From Bacteriovoracaceae bacterium (GTDB lineage: Bacteria; Bdellovibrionota; Bacteriovoracia; Bacteriovoracales; Bacteriovoracaceae), in NCBI GenBank assembly GCA_049599895.1, contig JBMYPC010000015.1, forward strand, positions 1 to 34,236: a stretch of DNA of 34,236 nt, in the 5' to 3' direction. The translations under genes were made by a program, and so were the position numbers. Below are positions 18,527-27,393 of the stretch, piece after piece. Position 1 is the stretch's first letter; each line of letters begins with the position of its first letter. The notes below the pieces were generated by a model. It did no database searches and was not told the DNA's origin. It saw nothing but the letters and a program-made list of their open reading frames with translations.

Positions 18527-19121
18527 TTTAGCTTTACTATTTTTAAGTTTATCCTGTTCGCAATTGACTCAAATTGAAAATGAAGATCATGCTGAGAGTG
18601 AGAGCATGATTGGTAAAGAGGAACAAACTAAGCAAAGTGTAAGATGCACTTCGGCTGGCAAAATTGAATATTACGAAGTCGGGGATCTGCCTTGCATAAG
18701 AAATAAACTAGATATTAATTCGAGAGAAAAGCTAATAATTCATTTTGTTATTACTAATAAAAACTCTGAAGACCCTTACAAATATGGATATCAAGAGCTC
18801 TTAAGGTATAAGGATGGAAAAGTTGTTGAGAAAATAAAACTTAGAAAAGATGGTGATGCTTATTGGACCATGGTTCCTTTCGTGAGGGTTAGAAAGCAAA
18901 AGTATTTTGAGGATTTAGACGGGGATGGAAGTTTAGAGTTTGCGGTATTCCCATTTCATCCAGGAAGTGCAATATGGATGAGAGCTCGAATCTTTAGCTT
19001 AAAAAAAACCATAGAGTTTTGGGGAGAGGGGAAATACCAATACGAGGGAAACTCATTTGTTCAGCTAAATTGTATGGATTGTTCAAAGTTTAATCCCAAG
19101 GCTTGTCAAAAATGTCAATGA
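18486..19121 (+). CDS. Putative lipoprotein with a DxDGDG Ca-binding (FG-GAP/VCBS-like) motif
   Basis: GAGG upstream of ATG 18486, hydrophobic stretch plus lipobox LSLSC, EDLDGDGSLEF, C-terminal CMDC...CQKC. Confidence 0.65.
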   Translation: MLEKFWTYIISLNSLALLFLSLSCSQLTQIENEDHAESESMIGKEEQTKQSVRCTSAGKIEYYEVGDLPCIRNKLDINSREKLIIHFVITNKNSEDPYKYGYQELLRYKDGKVVEKIKLRKDGDAYWTMVPFVRVRKQKYFEDLDGDGSLEFAVFPFHPGSAIWMRARIFSLKKTIEFWGEGKYQYEGNSFVQLNCMDCSKFNPKACQKCQ

Positions 19122-19208
19122 CCGGTCTGCAGCAAAGGGTGCCAGTGGCACGCTTTGAAGCATCGAGCGGACAGATGATCTCGTTCAGAGATCAGATAAA
19201 ACTAAGAG
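19121..19208 (+). repeat. REP/MITE-like multi-hairpin element, copy 2
   Basis: 85/88 identity to the reverse complement of 4304-4391; begins at the stop codon of the lipoprotein gene. Confidence 0.9.
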
Positions 19209-19294
19209 TAGTATTTTATAAGAAGTTTTTTAATTCGCTTGCGCTCATATCGCGCGCTTTCCGTGCGCTGACGCTTACTCGCTTGCTTGTCTGC

Positions 19295-19333
19295 CTCGCT
19301 TCAAAAGTGTCCACTGGACACTTTTGATGCGAG
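19295..19333. repeat. Long palindrome related to the REP-like element, directly after the rpoD stop; may also act as a terminator
   Basis: CTCGC-t-TCAAAAGTGTCCA-c-TGGACACTTTTGA-t-GCGAG; same CCA(C/G)TGG centre and AAAG...CTTT arms as the hairpin at 19128-19162. Confidence 0.8.
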
Positions 19334-21079
19334 TCAGTTATCGATGTAGCTTTTAAGCTGTTTCGCACGACTAGGATGTCTAAGCTTTCTTAGCGCCTTG
19401 GCTTCAATCTGCCTGATACGTTCTCTTGTAACGAAGAAATCTTGACCAACTTCCTCGAGAGTGTGGTCAGATTTTTCACCGATTCCAAAGCGCATTCTTA
19501 AAACTTTTTCCTCACGTGGAGTTAGGGTTGAAAGGACACTTCTGGTGGCCTCACTCAGTGTGATGCTCATGACAGCGTCTTGAGGTGAGATGATTTTTTT
19601 ATCTTCGATAAAATCTCCGAGTGATGAATCTTCTTCTTCACCAATTGGAGTTTCAAGAGAGATAGGCTCTTTTGAAATCTTTTGAACTTTTTTAACTTTC
19701 TCAACTGGAAGTTCCATTCTCTCAGCAATTTCTTCTGGAGTTGGCTCTCGTCCAAGTTCTTGAATGAGTTGTCTTGAAGTTCTTACCATTTTGTTGATGG
19801 TTTCGATCATGTGGACAGGGATACGAATTGTTCTTGCTTGGTCAGCAATGGCTCTTGTAATCGCCTGACGAATCCACCACGTGGCATATGTTGAGAATTT
19901 ATAACCACGACGGTACTCAAACTTATCAACCGCTTTCATAAGACCAATGTTTCCTTCTTGAATGAGATCAAGGAATTGAAGTCCACGGTTTGTATATTTT
20001 TTAGCAATTGAAACAACAAGACGAAGGTTGGCTTCAACAAGTTGGGCCTTGGCTTTATCGGCTTTTTCTTCACCCTTAAGAATAATCTTATAAACTTTTT
20101 CGATGTCAGCGAATTCCATTCCAGCGTCAATTTCAAGGCGTCTAAGGCGTCTTAAAATGTCTTCTTGGTTTCTGATAAGCTGCTCGATCTTTGCATCAGA
20201 TGTGAAAAGGTCTTTTGCAAGAGTTCTTTTGTAGTTATCGTCATCCATTACTTTGTCGTAAAGTTGGCGATACTCTTCGATATTAGGGACTTCAAGAAAC
20301 TTAAAAATACGATCTTGTTGTCCATAGAGATCTTTAAATTTTAAATAGTACTTCTTAACAGGATCAACAAAGCTGTTGATGATTTTTCTGTTGAAAGTCA
20401 GATCGGCAAGAGTGAGTCCAAACTCGTCCATTCTTTTCTTTTGAGCTTCATCAAACTTTTTCATTGTTCCGTCTTCAAGCTCAACTTCTTTAAGAATAGA
20501 CTCAAGGTCATCACAGACTTTATAAATCGTTTCTTGCGTTTTCTTAATATCTGCTGGACTTGATTCATCATCAAGGCCACGAACAAGTTCTTTTACAAAT
20601 TCTGCTTGATTATCTTGAGTTTCAACTCTTTCTTTAAGTTTAATAATTTCTTTAATCGCGTGAGTTGAAGAAATAGCAGAAAGAACGATTTCTCTTTCAC
20701 CTTCTTCAATTTCTTTAGCGATATGAACTTCACCTTCTCTTGTAAGAAGGGCAACTGAACCCATTCTTTTAAGGTAAAGCTTTACTGGGTCTGTCGAAGC
20801 TGAACGAAGCTCGGCTTTTTCTTCTTTTGAAAGGGCCTCTTCAATAACTTCTGTACCATCAAGCTTGATTCCTTCTTCGTCTTCTTCAACTTGTTGGTTT
20901 TGAATTTCAATTCTTGCTTCAGCGATTTTTAGAATAATTTCATCCACTGAATCAGGCTCAACAATCCCTGCAGGAATCGCATCATTGATCTCTTCTGGTG
21001 TGAGATACGATTGATCTTTTCCCTTGAGGATAAGCTTTGAGAATTCTCTTGAGTTAATGAACGCAGTAACGACTGACAT
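19334..21079 (-). CDS. rpoD: RNA polymerase primary sigma factor sigma70
   Basis: Region 1.2 [49 protein letters not shown]. Confidence 0.98.
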   Translation of the reverse strand: MSVVTAFINSREFSKLILKGKDQSYLTPEEINDAIPAGIVEPDSVDEIILKIAEARIEIQNQQVEEDEEGIKLDGTEVIEEALSKEEKAELRSASTDPVKLYLKRMGSVALLTREGEVHIAKEIEEGEREIVLSAISSTHAIKEIIKLKERVETQDNQAEFVKELVRGLDDESSPADIKKTQETIYKVCDDLESILKEVELEDGTMKKFDEAQKKRMDEFGLTLADLTFNRKIINSFVDPVKKYYLKFKDLYGQQDRIFKFLEVPNIEEYRQLYDKVMDDDNYKRTLAKDLFTSDAKIEQLIRNQEDILRRLRRLEIDAGMEFADIEKVYKIILKGEEKADKAKAQLVEANLRLVVSIAKKYTNRGLQFLDLIQEGNIGLMKAVDKFEYRRGYKFSTYATWWIRQAITRAIADQARTIRIPVHMIETINKMVRTSRQLIQELGREPTPEEIAERMELPVEKVKKVQKISKEPISLETPIGEEEDSSLGDFIEDKKIISPQDAVMSITLSEATRSVLSTLTPREEKVLRMRFGIGEKSDHTLEEVGQDFFVTRERIRQIEAKALRKLRHPSRAKQLKSYIDN

Positions 21080-21103
21080 TGCGTCTCCCTTTAAATAAAG
21101 CGC

Positions 21104-23038
21104 TTAAATATTGCTAGTATCTTTTTTTGAAATTTTAAATTTTAGTTCACTTAAACTTCTTTCCACTTGAATGAGCTCTGAAAGAATTGTTTCAGCTTCG
21201 TCTCGATTATTGGCCTTGAGATGCTTCGATTTTAATTCGAGCTTCTTTTTTTTGAGTCGGTCTTCTGTGGCCATTTTTAACATTTGATCTAAGTCCAAAT
21301 CTTCTTGTGATAATTTCTTATCGTCTTTTTTAAATAAACTTAGACTTATTCCTTCTCTGATCTTGCTAGAAAGTTCGTCTTTATGAACAAGTTCAAGCAG
21401 ATACTTCTCATAGTTTTTTTCATCTATTTCGAAGTAGAGATTTTTAAGTTCCAAGATTACCTGTTTTACCTCAGAATTGTTAATATTTTCAAGTATTTCC
21501 TTGAATTCAGACTTCTCGAAAAGCTCTGGTTTGGTGATGATAATTTCAAGGAGAACTTTGTCCCAATGGCTAAGGCTTGACTCCATTGAAGGCTGTTCAT
21601 CTGGATGGGGCAGATGGTCCTGCTCTTCAAAGTAAGGAGGAGCTTCATCATAGACAGGTGTTATCTCAGAACTATTTGAAATTGCAGGTTTTTTAGGAGC
21701 AGGCGTGGATCTTTGTGAATAATCTCTTCGCTTATGAGATTCAAGATATTCTTCGTAACTTTTGAGAATTTGTCCGCTCGTAAGACTAAGACCAAGTTTC
21801 TTGGCTGCTGCGTTAAGTCTTTCAGTCGCTTTAAGATCCATTTTAAGAGGTGAGACAATTTCAAAAAGTTTCTCTAAAAGTTCAATTTTTCTGTCGATCA
21901 CTTCAGGGATTTTTTCAGGGAGCGCTAAGTCAATAAGAAGATCGAGCATTTTCTTGGCATTGGTCAGTCTCTCTTCAAAAGCAAGACTTCCGAGATTGAC
22001 GACAAACTCATCGGGATCTTTGTAAGGAGACAGGTCAACATAGGAGGGGAGAATTCCCATTGATGTAAAGAGAGTGTTCACTCTTTCAGCAGCCTTCATT
22101 CCCGCTTCATCATTATCAAGAGCAAGGTAAACATTTTTAGTGTATGAGCTTAAAATTTTTGCGCTACTTTCACTCATGGCGACACCCATAATGGCAACAG
22201 ATTCTCTAAAACCATTTTGAGCAATTGAGATCTGGTCCATATTCCCTTCGGTGACAATAATTCGATCTTTTTCTCTTATGATTTTTTTTGCAATATGAAT
22301 TCCGTAAAGAAGTGCCTTCTTATTAAACACAAAAGATTCTTTTGAGTTTAAGTACTTCGCTTTTTGATAATCTTTGGTTGCCCTACTGGTAAAACCGATC
22401 ACATGACCTGATTGATCTTGAATGGGAAACATGATCCTTTCTCGAAAAGTATCAATCCACTCTTCACCATTATAGGTTTTAATGAGGCCAATTTCTTTGG
22501 CGATTTCAATTGCTTTTTGTTTTTCAGAATTGTCCTTAATAGAAAGAAGATAATTGTAAAAGACATTGTGTTTAGGCGAATGCCCTAAGTTATAATTTTC
22601 GACGGTCTCTTTTGTGAGACTCCTTTTACTGAGAAATTCTTTAAACTCTTTAGCTTGTCCCTGAGTCCCTATTTTATTATAAATTACTGCTGCGGTATGA
22701 AGAAGCTTTCTTGCAAGAGTGAGCTTGGGATTAATATTTTTTTTGTCTTTATAACTTTCAAAGTCCCAGCCCATTTTTGAACAGAGGTCTTCAAGGGCCT
22801 CCATAAAAGAACATTTGAGGTAATGCATGACAAAGTGAATAGCATCTCCTCCAATTTGATCAACAAAGCACATATAGAGACCTTTTTGATCATTGATATG
22901 AAGGGAAGGATTTGTGTCGTTGTGAAAGGGACAGTGAGCAACAAAGTATTGGCCTTTCTTAGTCACATCGATATAGCGCCCAATAATATGGGAGATGGGC
23001 GTCTCTTTAATTTGATTTTTCAGTACTTCAATCGACAT
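21104..23038 (-). CDS. dnaG: DNA primase
   Basis: CPFH zinc-binding domain, FRERIMFPI, KYLNS, TOPRIM EGNMD and DNDEAG, KDPDE; directly upstream of rpoD. Confidence 0.95.
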   Translation of the reverse strand: MSIEVLKNQIKETPISHIIGRYIDVTKKGQYFVAHCPFHNDTNPSLHINDQKGLYMCFVDQIGGDAIHFVMHYLKCSFMEALEDLCSKMGWDFESYKDKKNINPKLTLARKLLHTAAVIYNKIGTQGQAKEFKEFLSKRSLTKETVENYNLGHSPKHNVFYNYLLSIKDNSEKQKAIEIAKEIGLIKTYNGEEWIDTFRERIMFPIQDQSGHVIGFTSRATKDYQKAKYLNSKESFVFNKKALLYGIHIAKKIIREKDRIIVTEGNMDQISIAQNGFRESVAIMGVAMSESSAKILSSYTKNVYLALDNDEAGMKAAERVNTLFTSMGILPSYVDLSPYKDPDEFVVNLGSLAFEERLTNAKKMLDLLIDLALPEKIPEVIDRKIELLEKLFEIVSPLKMDLKATERLNAAAKKLGLSLTSGQILKSYEEYLESHKRRDYSQRSTPAPKKPAISNSSEITPVYDEAPPYFEEQDHLPHPDEQPSMESSLSHWDKVLLEIIITKPELFEKSEFKEILENINNSEVKQVILELKNLYFEIDEKNYEKYLLELVHKDELSSKIREGISLSLFKKDDKKLSQEDLDLDQMLKMATEDRLKKKKLELKSKHLKANNRDEAETILSELIQVERSLSELKFKISKKDTSNI

Positions 23039-23041
23039 TCA

Positions 23042-23767
23042 CTATATCTTTGGCCTGATTGCCATGGCCTTAATGTTGATATTTTTCGAAATGAAAAGCT
23101 TTTCAAATTTTGTCATAAAACCTTTAAAAAAGCTTTCTTCTTTCGAGGATTTGTCGAGAATTTCTTTATTTTCCCAAAGGTCAAAAGTTTCATAGAGAAC
23201 TTCAAAACCCTTGTGTTCTTCTACGACTTTTCTCATATGGTCAAAATAATCATCGTGGTCAGTTTTGATGAACATGATGCCATCAGTTTTTAAGACTCTT
23301 TTTACTTCATCGAGGAAATGAGTTTGAAAAAGTCTCTTTTTTTGGTGACGTTTCTTAGGCCAAGGGTCTGGAAAAAAGTAGAAGAGCTTTTCAATCTCAT
23401 TTTCTCCAAAAAGAAACCCAAGTCGTTCACCTTTTGCTCGCAGGTAGCGCAAGTGCGGTGCCCCTAGTTTTTCTAGTTTTTTAGCGAGATTGAAAGAACG
23501 TTTGAAGCGGTAGTCAATCCCCACGAAGTTGACATCTGGATTGTTACTGCAAAACTCGAGCATGAAGTGACCGTAACCACTTCCAATCTCAACACAGAGA
23601 GGGGCCTCTCGCTCAAAAACAGATTCATTCCATTTGGTCTTGAACTCTTCAGCCTCAAGGTCTCTGAGAACAAACTTGTCGAAAGCTGCGAGACGATCGT
23701 GATAGGGATTTTTGTGAGTGTAGACAAAATCTTTTTGATAAGCTTGATCGTTGGTTTGCTTGCTCAT
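23042..23767 (-). CDS. trmB: tRNA (guanine-N7)-methyltransferase
   Basis: VEIGSGYG, FPDPWPKKRH, IKTD, TKFE motifs; ATG 23767 (MSKQ) is preferred over the longer ORF-track start. Confidence 0.92.
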   Translation of the reverse strand: MSKQTNDQAYQKDFVYTHKNPYHDRLAAFDKFVLRDLEAEEFKTKWNESVFEREAPLCVEIGSGYGHFMLEFCSNNPDVNFVGIDYRFKRSFNLAKKLEKLGAPHLRYLRAKGERLGFLFGENEIEKLFYFFPDPWPKKRHQKKRLFQTHFLDEVKRVLKTDGIMFIKTDHDDYFDHMRKVVEEHKGFEVLYETFDLWENKEILDKSSKEESFFKGFMTKFEKLFISKNINIKAMAIRPKI

Positions 23768-24057
23768 ACATAGTAACTTCGTAAATTCCAAGTGGGTTGC
23801 ATTCAATTTAGGGTCCTTGGGTTCTAACAGAATCGACACTGCTTTGCAATATTAAGGGGTTAGTTGGACGAAAAAGCTCTCTATGGCAAGAAGTCGTGAA
23901 CTCGGAGATTGCAATTTCAGGAACTTAACCTATTAAGTCGGTCAATTTTTCCTTTGATGAAAAATCCGCTAAGTTTAGGTACAATATTATGGTTCGAGCA
24001 ATGAGGCTCGAAAGATCTTTGGCATCTTTAGGTATTTTCTACGGAAGGAAAAAACAC

Positions 24058-24627
24058 ATGATGAAAAATTTTATTCTCTGCATTTCATTTTTAATTGTTA
24101 CAGGATGTACACTCAACCCATCGACGCAAAATCCTGATGTGGTGATCGGTGATAATGTCATCGATAGACCAGTCCGTGAATTTGGGGCATTACCAACAGA
24201 CCTCAAAAATCTTTATCCCTTTATTAATGGAAAAACTCTTGTTTCTGTTTATGAATCAGCAAAAGGTGATCAGTGGAAAAGGTTTACTGTTCTCAATATT
24301 GCTCGATTTAAAGTGAAAGAGAAATTAACTGCTGAAGAAAAACAAAACTTTCAAACTCTTTTTAATATGGCCATCAAAGATGACTTTGAATGGAACCAGA
24401 CAATTGGCGTTTGGGGACTCGGAGCCTCTGGCTCAATGGATGATATGCGCACACTAATCTCGATGCTTGATCATTCGAACCCGATTATCGTGGATGAGTC
24501 TCTGCTCGCCCTTGAAATTCTCTTCGATAGAGAGCAGACGGTCGAGCCAACAAGAGCTCCAGCTTCAAAAGAAGATGATGTCGTCACTCTTCACGACGTA
24601 AACTATTGGAAAAATCTTAAGCTTTAA
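24058..24627 (+). CDS. Putative lipoprotein with HEAT-like repeat
   Basis: MMKNFILCISFLIVTGC lipobox after AGGAA; HEAT-like segment GVWGLG...LISMLDHSNPIIVDESLLAL. Confidence 0.7.
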   Translation: MMKNFILCISFLIVTGCTLNPSTQNPDVVIGDNVIDRPVREFGALPTDLKNLYPFINGKTLVSVYESAKGDQWKRFTVLNIARFKVKEKLTAEEKQNFQTLFNMAIKDDFEWNQTIGVWGLGASGSMDDMRTLISMLDHSNPIIVDESLLALEILFDREQTVEPTRAPASKEDDVVTLHDVNYWKNLKL

Positions 24628-25717
24628 AACTTAGAGCGTGCTGAATGACTTCATTGGTATGCTCTTCAGTTAAAAAGGCATGCATTGGAAGACCGGCTAC
24701 AGTAGTGGCAAACTTCTCTGCGTTTTCTTTTTCACCTTGAAAATGACTGAGGGCAGGTTCTTGGGAAAGAGCTTTCATATAGAAATTGCTCGTACCAATT
24801 CCAACTTCTTTCATATGATCTTGAAATTTTTGTCTTAACTCACTTGTTTCAAAGCGAATAGGGTAGATATGAAAAGAAGAAGTTTCGAGATACTTTGAAG
24901 GAAGAAGCTTAAAGATTTCATTTCTAGAAAGACCCTCATGATATCTTTTAGCAGCTGCTTTTCTTTGATCATTTTGAGCTTCGATTTGTTTCATCTTAAG
25001 ACAAAGAACAGCTGCTTGAAAATGATCACAGCGACTGTTTCTCCCCATGACTTTTCCATCGCTGCCTCTGCCATGATTTCGGATTTGGTCAATTTTATGA
25101 GCTTGTTCTTCTGTTTCACAAAGAATGGCTCCAGCATCACCCATGGCACCTAAATTTTTTGTAGGATAAAAACTAAAAGTTGTTAGGTTGCCACTGGCAC
25201 CAATGGGTTTCCCATTGATAAATGCTCCACAAGCTTGAGCGGCATCTTCAATAACGGGAATATCTTTTTCGACAGCAATTTTATTAAGTGTCGGAATATC
25301 TGCTGGAAGTCCATATATATGGACAGACATGAAGGCCTTGATTTCGAAGCGATCACAAATTTTTTTAAACGATTCGGGACAAGCGAGTCCTGTTTCAGGA
25401 TCGACATCGACAAAGACCGGAACTGCGCCAACATTGAGAATGGCTTCCGCTGTCGCATAGAAAGTAATTCCAGGAACAGCAACATGATCACCTCTTTCAA
25501 TTCCATGAACTAATAAAGAAATTTCTAAGGCATCAGTTCCATTGGCGACAAGCCGACAGATCTTTGCTCCTTGAAGTTTCGCGAAGTCATTTTCGAATTG
25601 CTTATTATAGGGTCCATCAACAAAAGAATTATTTTTCATGATTTCAGAAAAAATTTCTAATGCTTCAGTTCTTAGGTTTTCGTTATGAAGGGAGTCAAAA
25701 TCAATATATTTAATCAT
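24617..25717 (-). CDS. DegT/DnrJ/EryC1/StrS PLP-dependent sugar aminotransferase
   Basis: ANGTDAL, VHIYG, EDAAQA, SFYPTKNLGAMGDAG (PLP lysine). Confidence 0.93.
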   Translation of the reverse strand: MIKYIDFDSLHNENLRTEALEIFSEIMKNNSFVDGPYNKQFENDFAKLQGAKICRLVANGTDALEISLLVHGIERGDHVAVPGITFYATAEAILNVGAVPVFVDVDPETGLACPESFKKICDRFEIKAFMSVHIYGLPADIPTLNKIAVEKDIPVIEDAAQACGAFINGKPIGASGNLTTFSFYPTKNLGAMGDAGAILCETEEQAHKIDQIRNHGRGSDGKVMGRNSRCDHFQAAVLCLKMKQIEAQNDQRKAAAKRYHEGLSRNEIFKLLPSKYLETSSFHIYPIRFETSELRQKFQDHMKEVGIGTSNFYMKALSQEPALSHFQGEKENAEKFATTVAGLPMHAFLTEEHTNEVIQHALSFKA

Positions 25718-25789
25718 GCTCTAAAGGTAGAACTCCCTTAGAGTTTTGTCACGTAGATATTTGTTTAAGTTTTTGAAAACTCGTAGAGC

Positions 25790-25987
25790 CTATTTTAATC
25801 CCTTTAAGAGTTCCTCTATGATCAGTGCGGCTTTTTTGGCTGCACTCTTATCTTTTATTTTCTGGGAGATAAGTGTTTGCAGTCTCTCGATTTCCTGTTT
25901 TTCAAGTCGTGGGTTTTTCGACTTTTGACCAACCGAATGACTCGAGTTTTTTGGGAGCTTTCTTGCCCCAGAGCCTTTATGTTTCAT
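25790..25987 (-). CDS. Small basic hypothetical protein
   Basis: 65 aa ORF co-oriented in the minus-strand run; ends with a helical KKAALII segment. Confidence 0.55.
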   Translation of the reverse strand: MKHKGSGARKLPKNSSHSVGQKSKNPRLEKQEIERLQTLISQKIKDKSAAKKAALIIEELLKGLK

Positions 25988-26005
25988 GGCGCGACGAGTT
26001 CGGTG

Positions 26006-26224
26006 CTATGCGGCAGCAACTGGCTTTCTGATCGACTTGTCAGCAACTTTATCAAGGTGTTCTTCAATGATGTCGTAAAGCTCAAGCTTTGTTGTTCTTG
26101 GATCAATCCCTGCTGGAAGAGCAGAATAGATAAAATCATTTTCAACTTCAGTAAAGACAAACCATGTATTTCCTAATTTTTGGAAAAGTACTTCGGCTTC
26201 ATTAATTTGATTTGATTTTTGCAT
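26006..26224 (-). CDS. Small hypothetical protein
   Basis: 72 aa with a strong SD (AGGAGG) and globular-looking composition. Confidence 0.75.
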   Translation of the reverse strand: MQKSNQINEAEVLFQKLGNTWFVFTEVENDFIYSALPAGIDPRTTKLELYDIIEEHLDKVADKSIRKPVAAA

Positions 26225-26315
26225 GATTCCCTCCTGGAACTAGATGATTTAACTACTCATCGACAGGCCCAAGAATGAATTTTAAGGTTTTCTTTTGGGA
26301 GGCAATATCTGCCGC

Positions 26316-27383
26316 TTAATACTCCGACTGAGTCCCAAAAAAGAAGGTATAAACACCACCAAGCGGGTAGTTGTAGTTGTCATCATCTTCATTCCAAAGG
26401 TCTGCATTGGATATTCCAGAAGAAGAGGAGAGTTCATAAGCAATATTGAACTGAGTTTGAACACCAAGAACAATATCTCCCCAAGGAATGATTTCTTTTA
26501 AGTGAAATTGAGTCGCAAGTTTTGGTGTTAGCCCAAAACCTTGAAAAATTCTCTCTTCAGATTCTCCGTTATCAGAGATTTGATGAATAAACATTCGATC
26601 GTAGTTCACAGTGAGTGAACCCCAAAGAGTGATTCCAATATTTCCTCTTCTAAAAAACTCATAGGATAAAATAGGTCCGATTCCCAATTGTCCTCTTGCT
26701 TCATTCGCAGTAATCCCATCCTCAAGAACAAAGGTTGCTGAGTCTCCATGGAGATGAAGGTAAAATCCGTAATAGAAACGATCGAGGGGATCGAAAGGGA
26801 CCTTTTTCATATAGGCCAAATCAACTTGATGACGGAAGTTTACTGTCTCTCTTTGAATTTTTCTGGGATAAGTGTAATTGGTTTGATGAGCTGAGCCAAG
26901 TCCATAAGACCAAAAAAGTTTTCTTTTTTCTTGATCATAGAAAGGGTATTCCTCAGTGATCGGCTCATAAATTCTGTAATCGGTATCGTCTTGAGTGATG
27001 AACTTGTGCTCGTTATCTCGTCCGTCATCATGGATGACTCGCAGGTGTTTTCTTGGGATGTAAACTGTTCTTCCTATAGAATCGATGCTTTCATAAAAAT
27101 CATTTCCTTCTGAGTCTCTTGCAAAGCTTGGTGTTTCAGAGCTTGCTTCGTAGGAGATCTCATGAGGACTGATTCCGACATTTCTAAGGCGAACTCGAAT
27201 TTTATCGCCTTTTCTTTTTAACTGACTGACAGGAGCTGAAAGTTTTGGTTCGAGAAGAAGAGGCGTTTCAAGAACAACGACCTCGGCATAGTAGACTTGT
27301 TTATAAAGTTCATTTTCCATCACATTTGAAAACGCAAATGTTGAGAAAAAAAGAAAATTAAATAGGGTGATTATTCTTTTCAT
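26316..27383 (-). CDS. Exported protein, probable outer-membrane beta-barrel with an SH3b-like N-terminal segment
   Basis: Signal peptide MKRIITLFNFLFFSTFAFS from ATG 27383; amphipathic beta-strand pattern; ends FFFGTQSEY. Confidence 0.65.
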   Translation of the reverse strand: MKRIITLFNFLFFSTFAFSNVMENELYKQVYYAEVVVLETPLLLEPKLSAPVSQLKRKGDKIRVRLRNVGISPHEISYEASSETPSFARDSEGNDFYESIDSIGRTVYIPRKHLRVIHDDGRDNEHKFITQDDTDYRIYEPITEEYPFYDQEKRKLFWSYGLGSAHQTNYTYPRKIQRETVNFRHQVDLAYMKKVPFDPLDRFYYGFYLHLHGDSATFVLEDGITANEARGQLGIGPILSYEFFRRGNIGITLWGSLTVNYDRMFIHQISDNGESEERIFQGFGLTPKLATQFHLKEIIPWGDIVLGVQTQFNIAYELSSSSGISNADLWNEDDDNYNYPLGGVYTFFFGTQSEY

Positions 27384-27393
27384 ATTGCTTTCC

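Noticed and set aside
4392..19120. Invertible 14.7-kb segment bounded by the inverted 88-bp repeats
   Set aside because: Possible in principle, but there is no recombinase in the window, and the GT2-end duplicate on both sides of copy 1 indicates local collinearity. Read-pair evidence would be needed.
19103..19327. 74-aa ORF across the hairpin region
   Set aside because: It coincides with the REP-like composite and has no RBS; probably a by-product of GC-rich palindromic DNA.
22823..23293. 156-aa antisense ORF over dnaG/trmB, and the many other 60-110 aa overlapping ORFs in the track
   Set aside because: Shadow frames of well-supported genes, with no motifs or RBS.
25189..25201. 13-bp match (TGCCACTGGCACC) to the repeat's palindromic core
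   Set aside because: It lies inside the DegT coding sequence without the flanking arms; likely chance.
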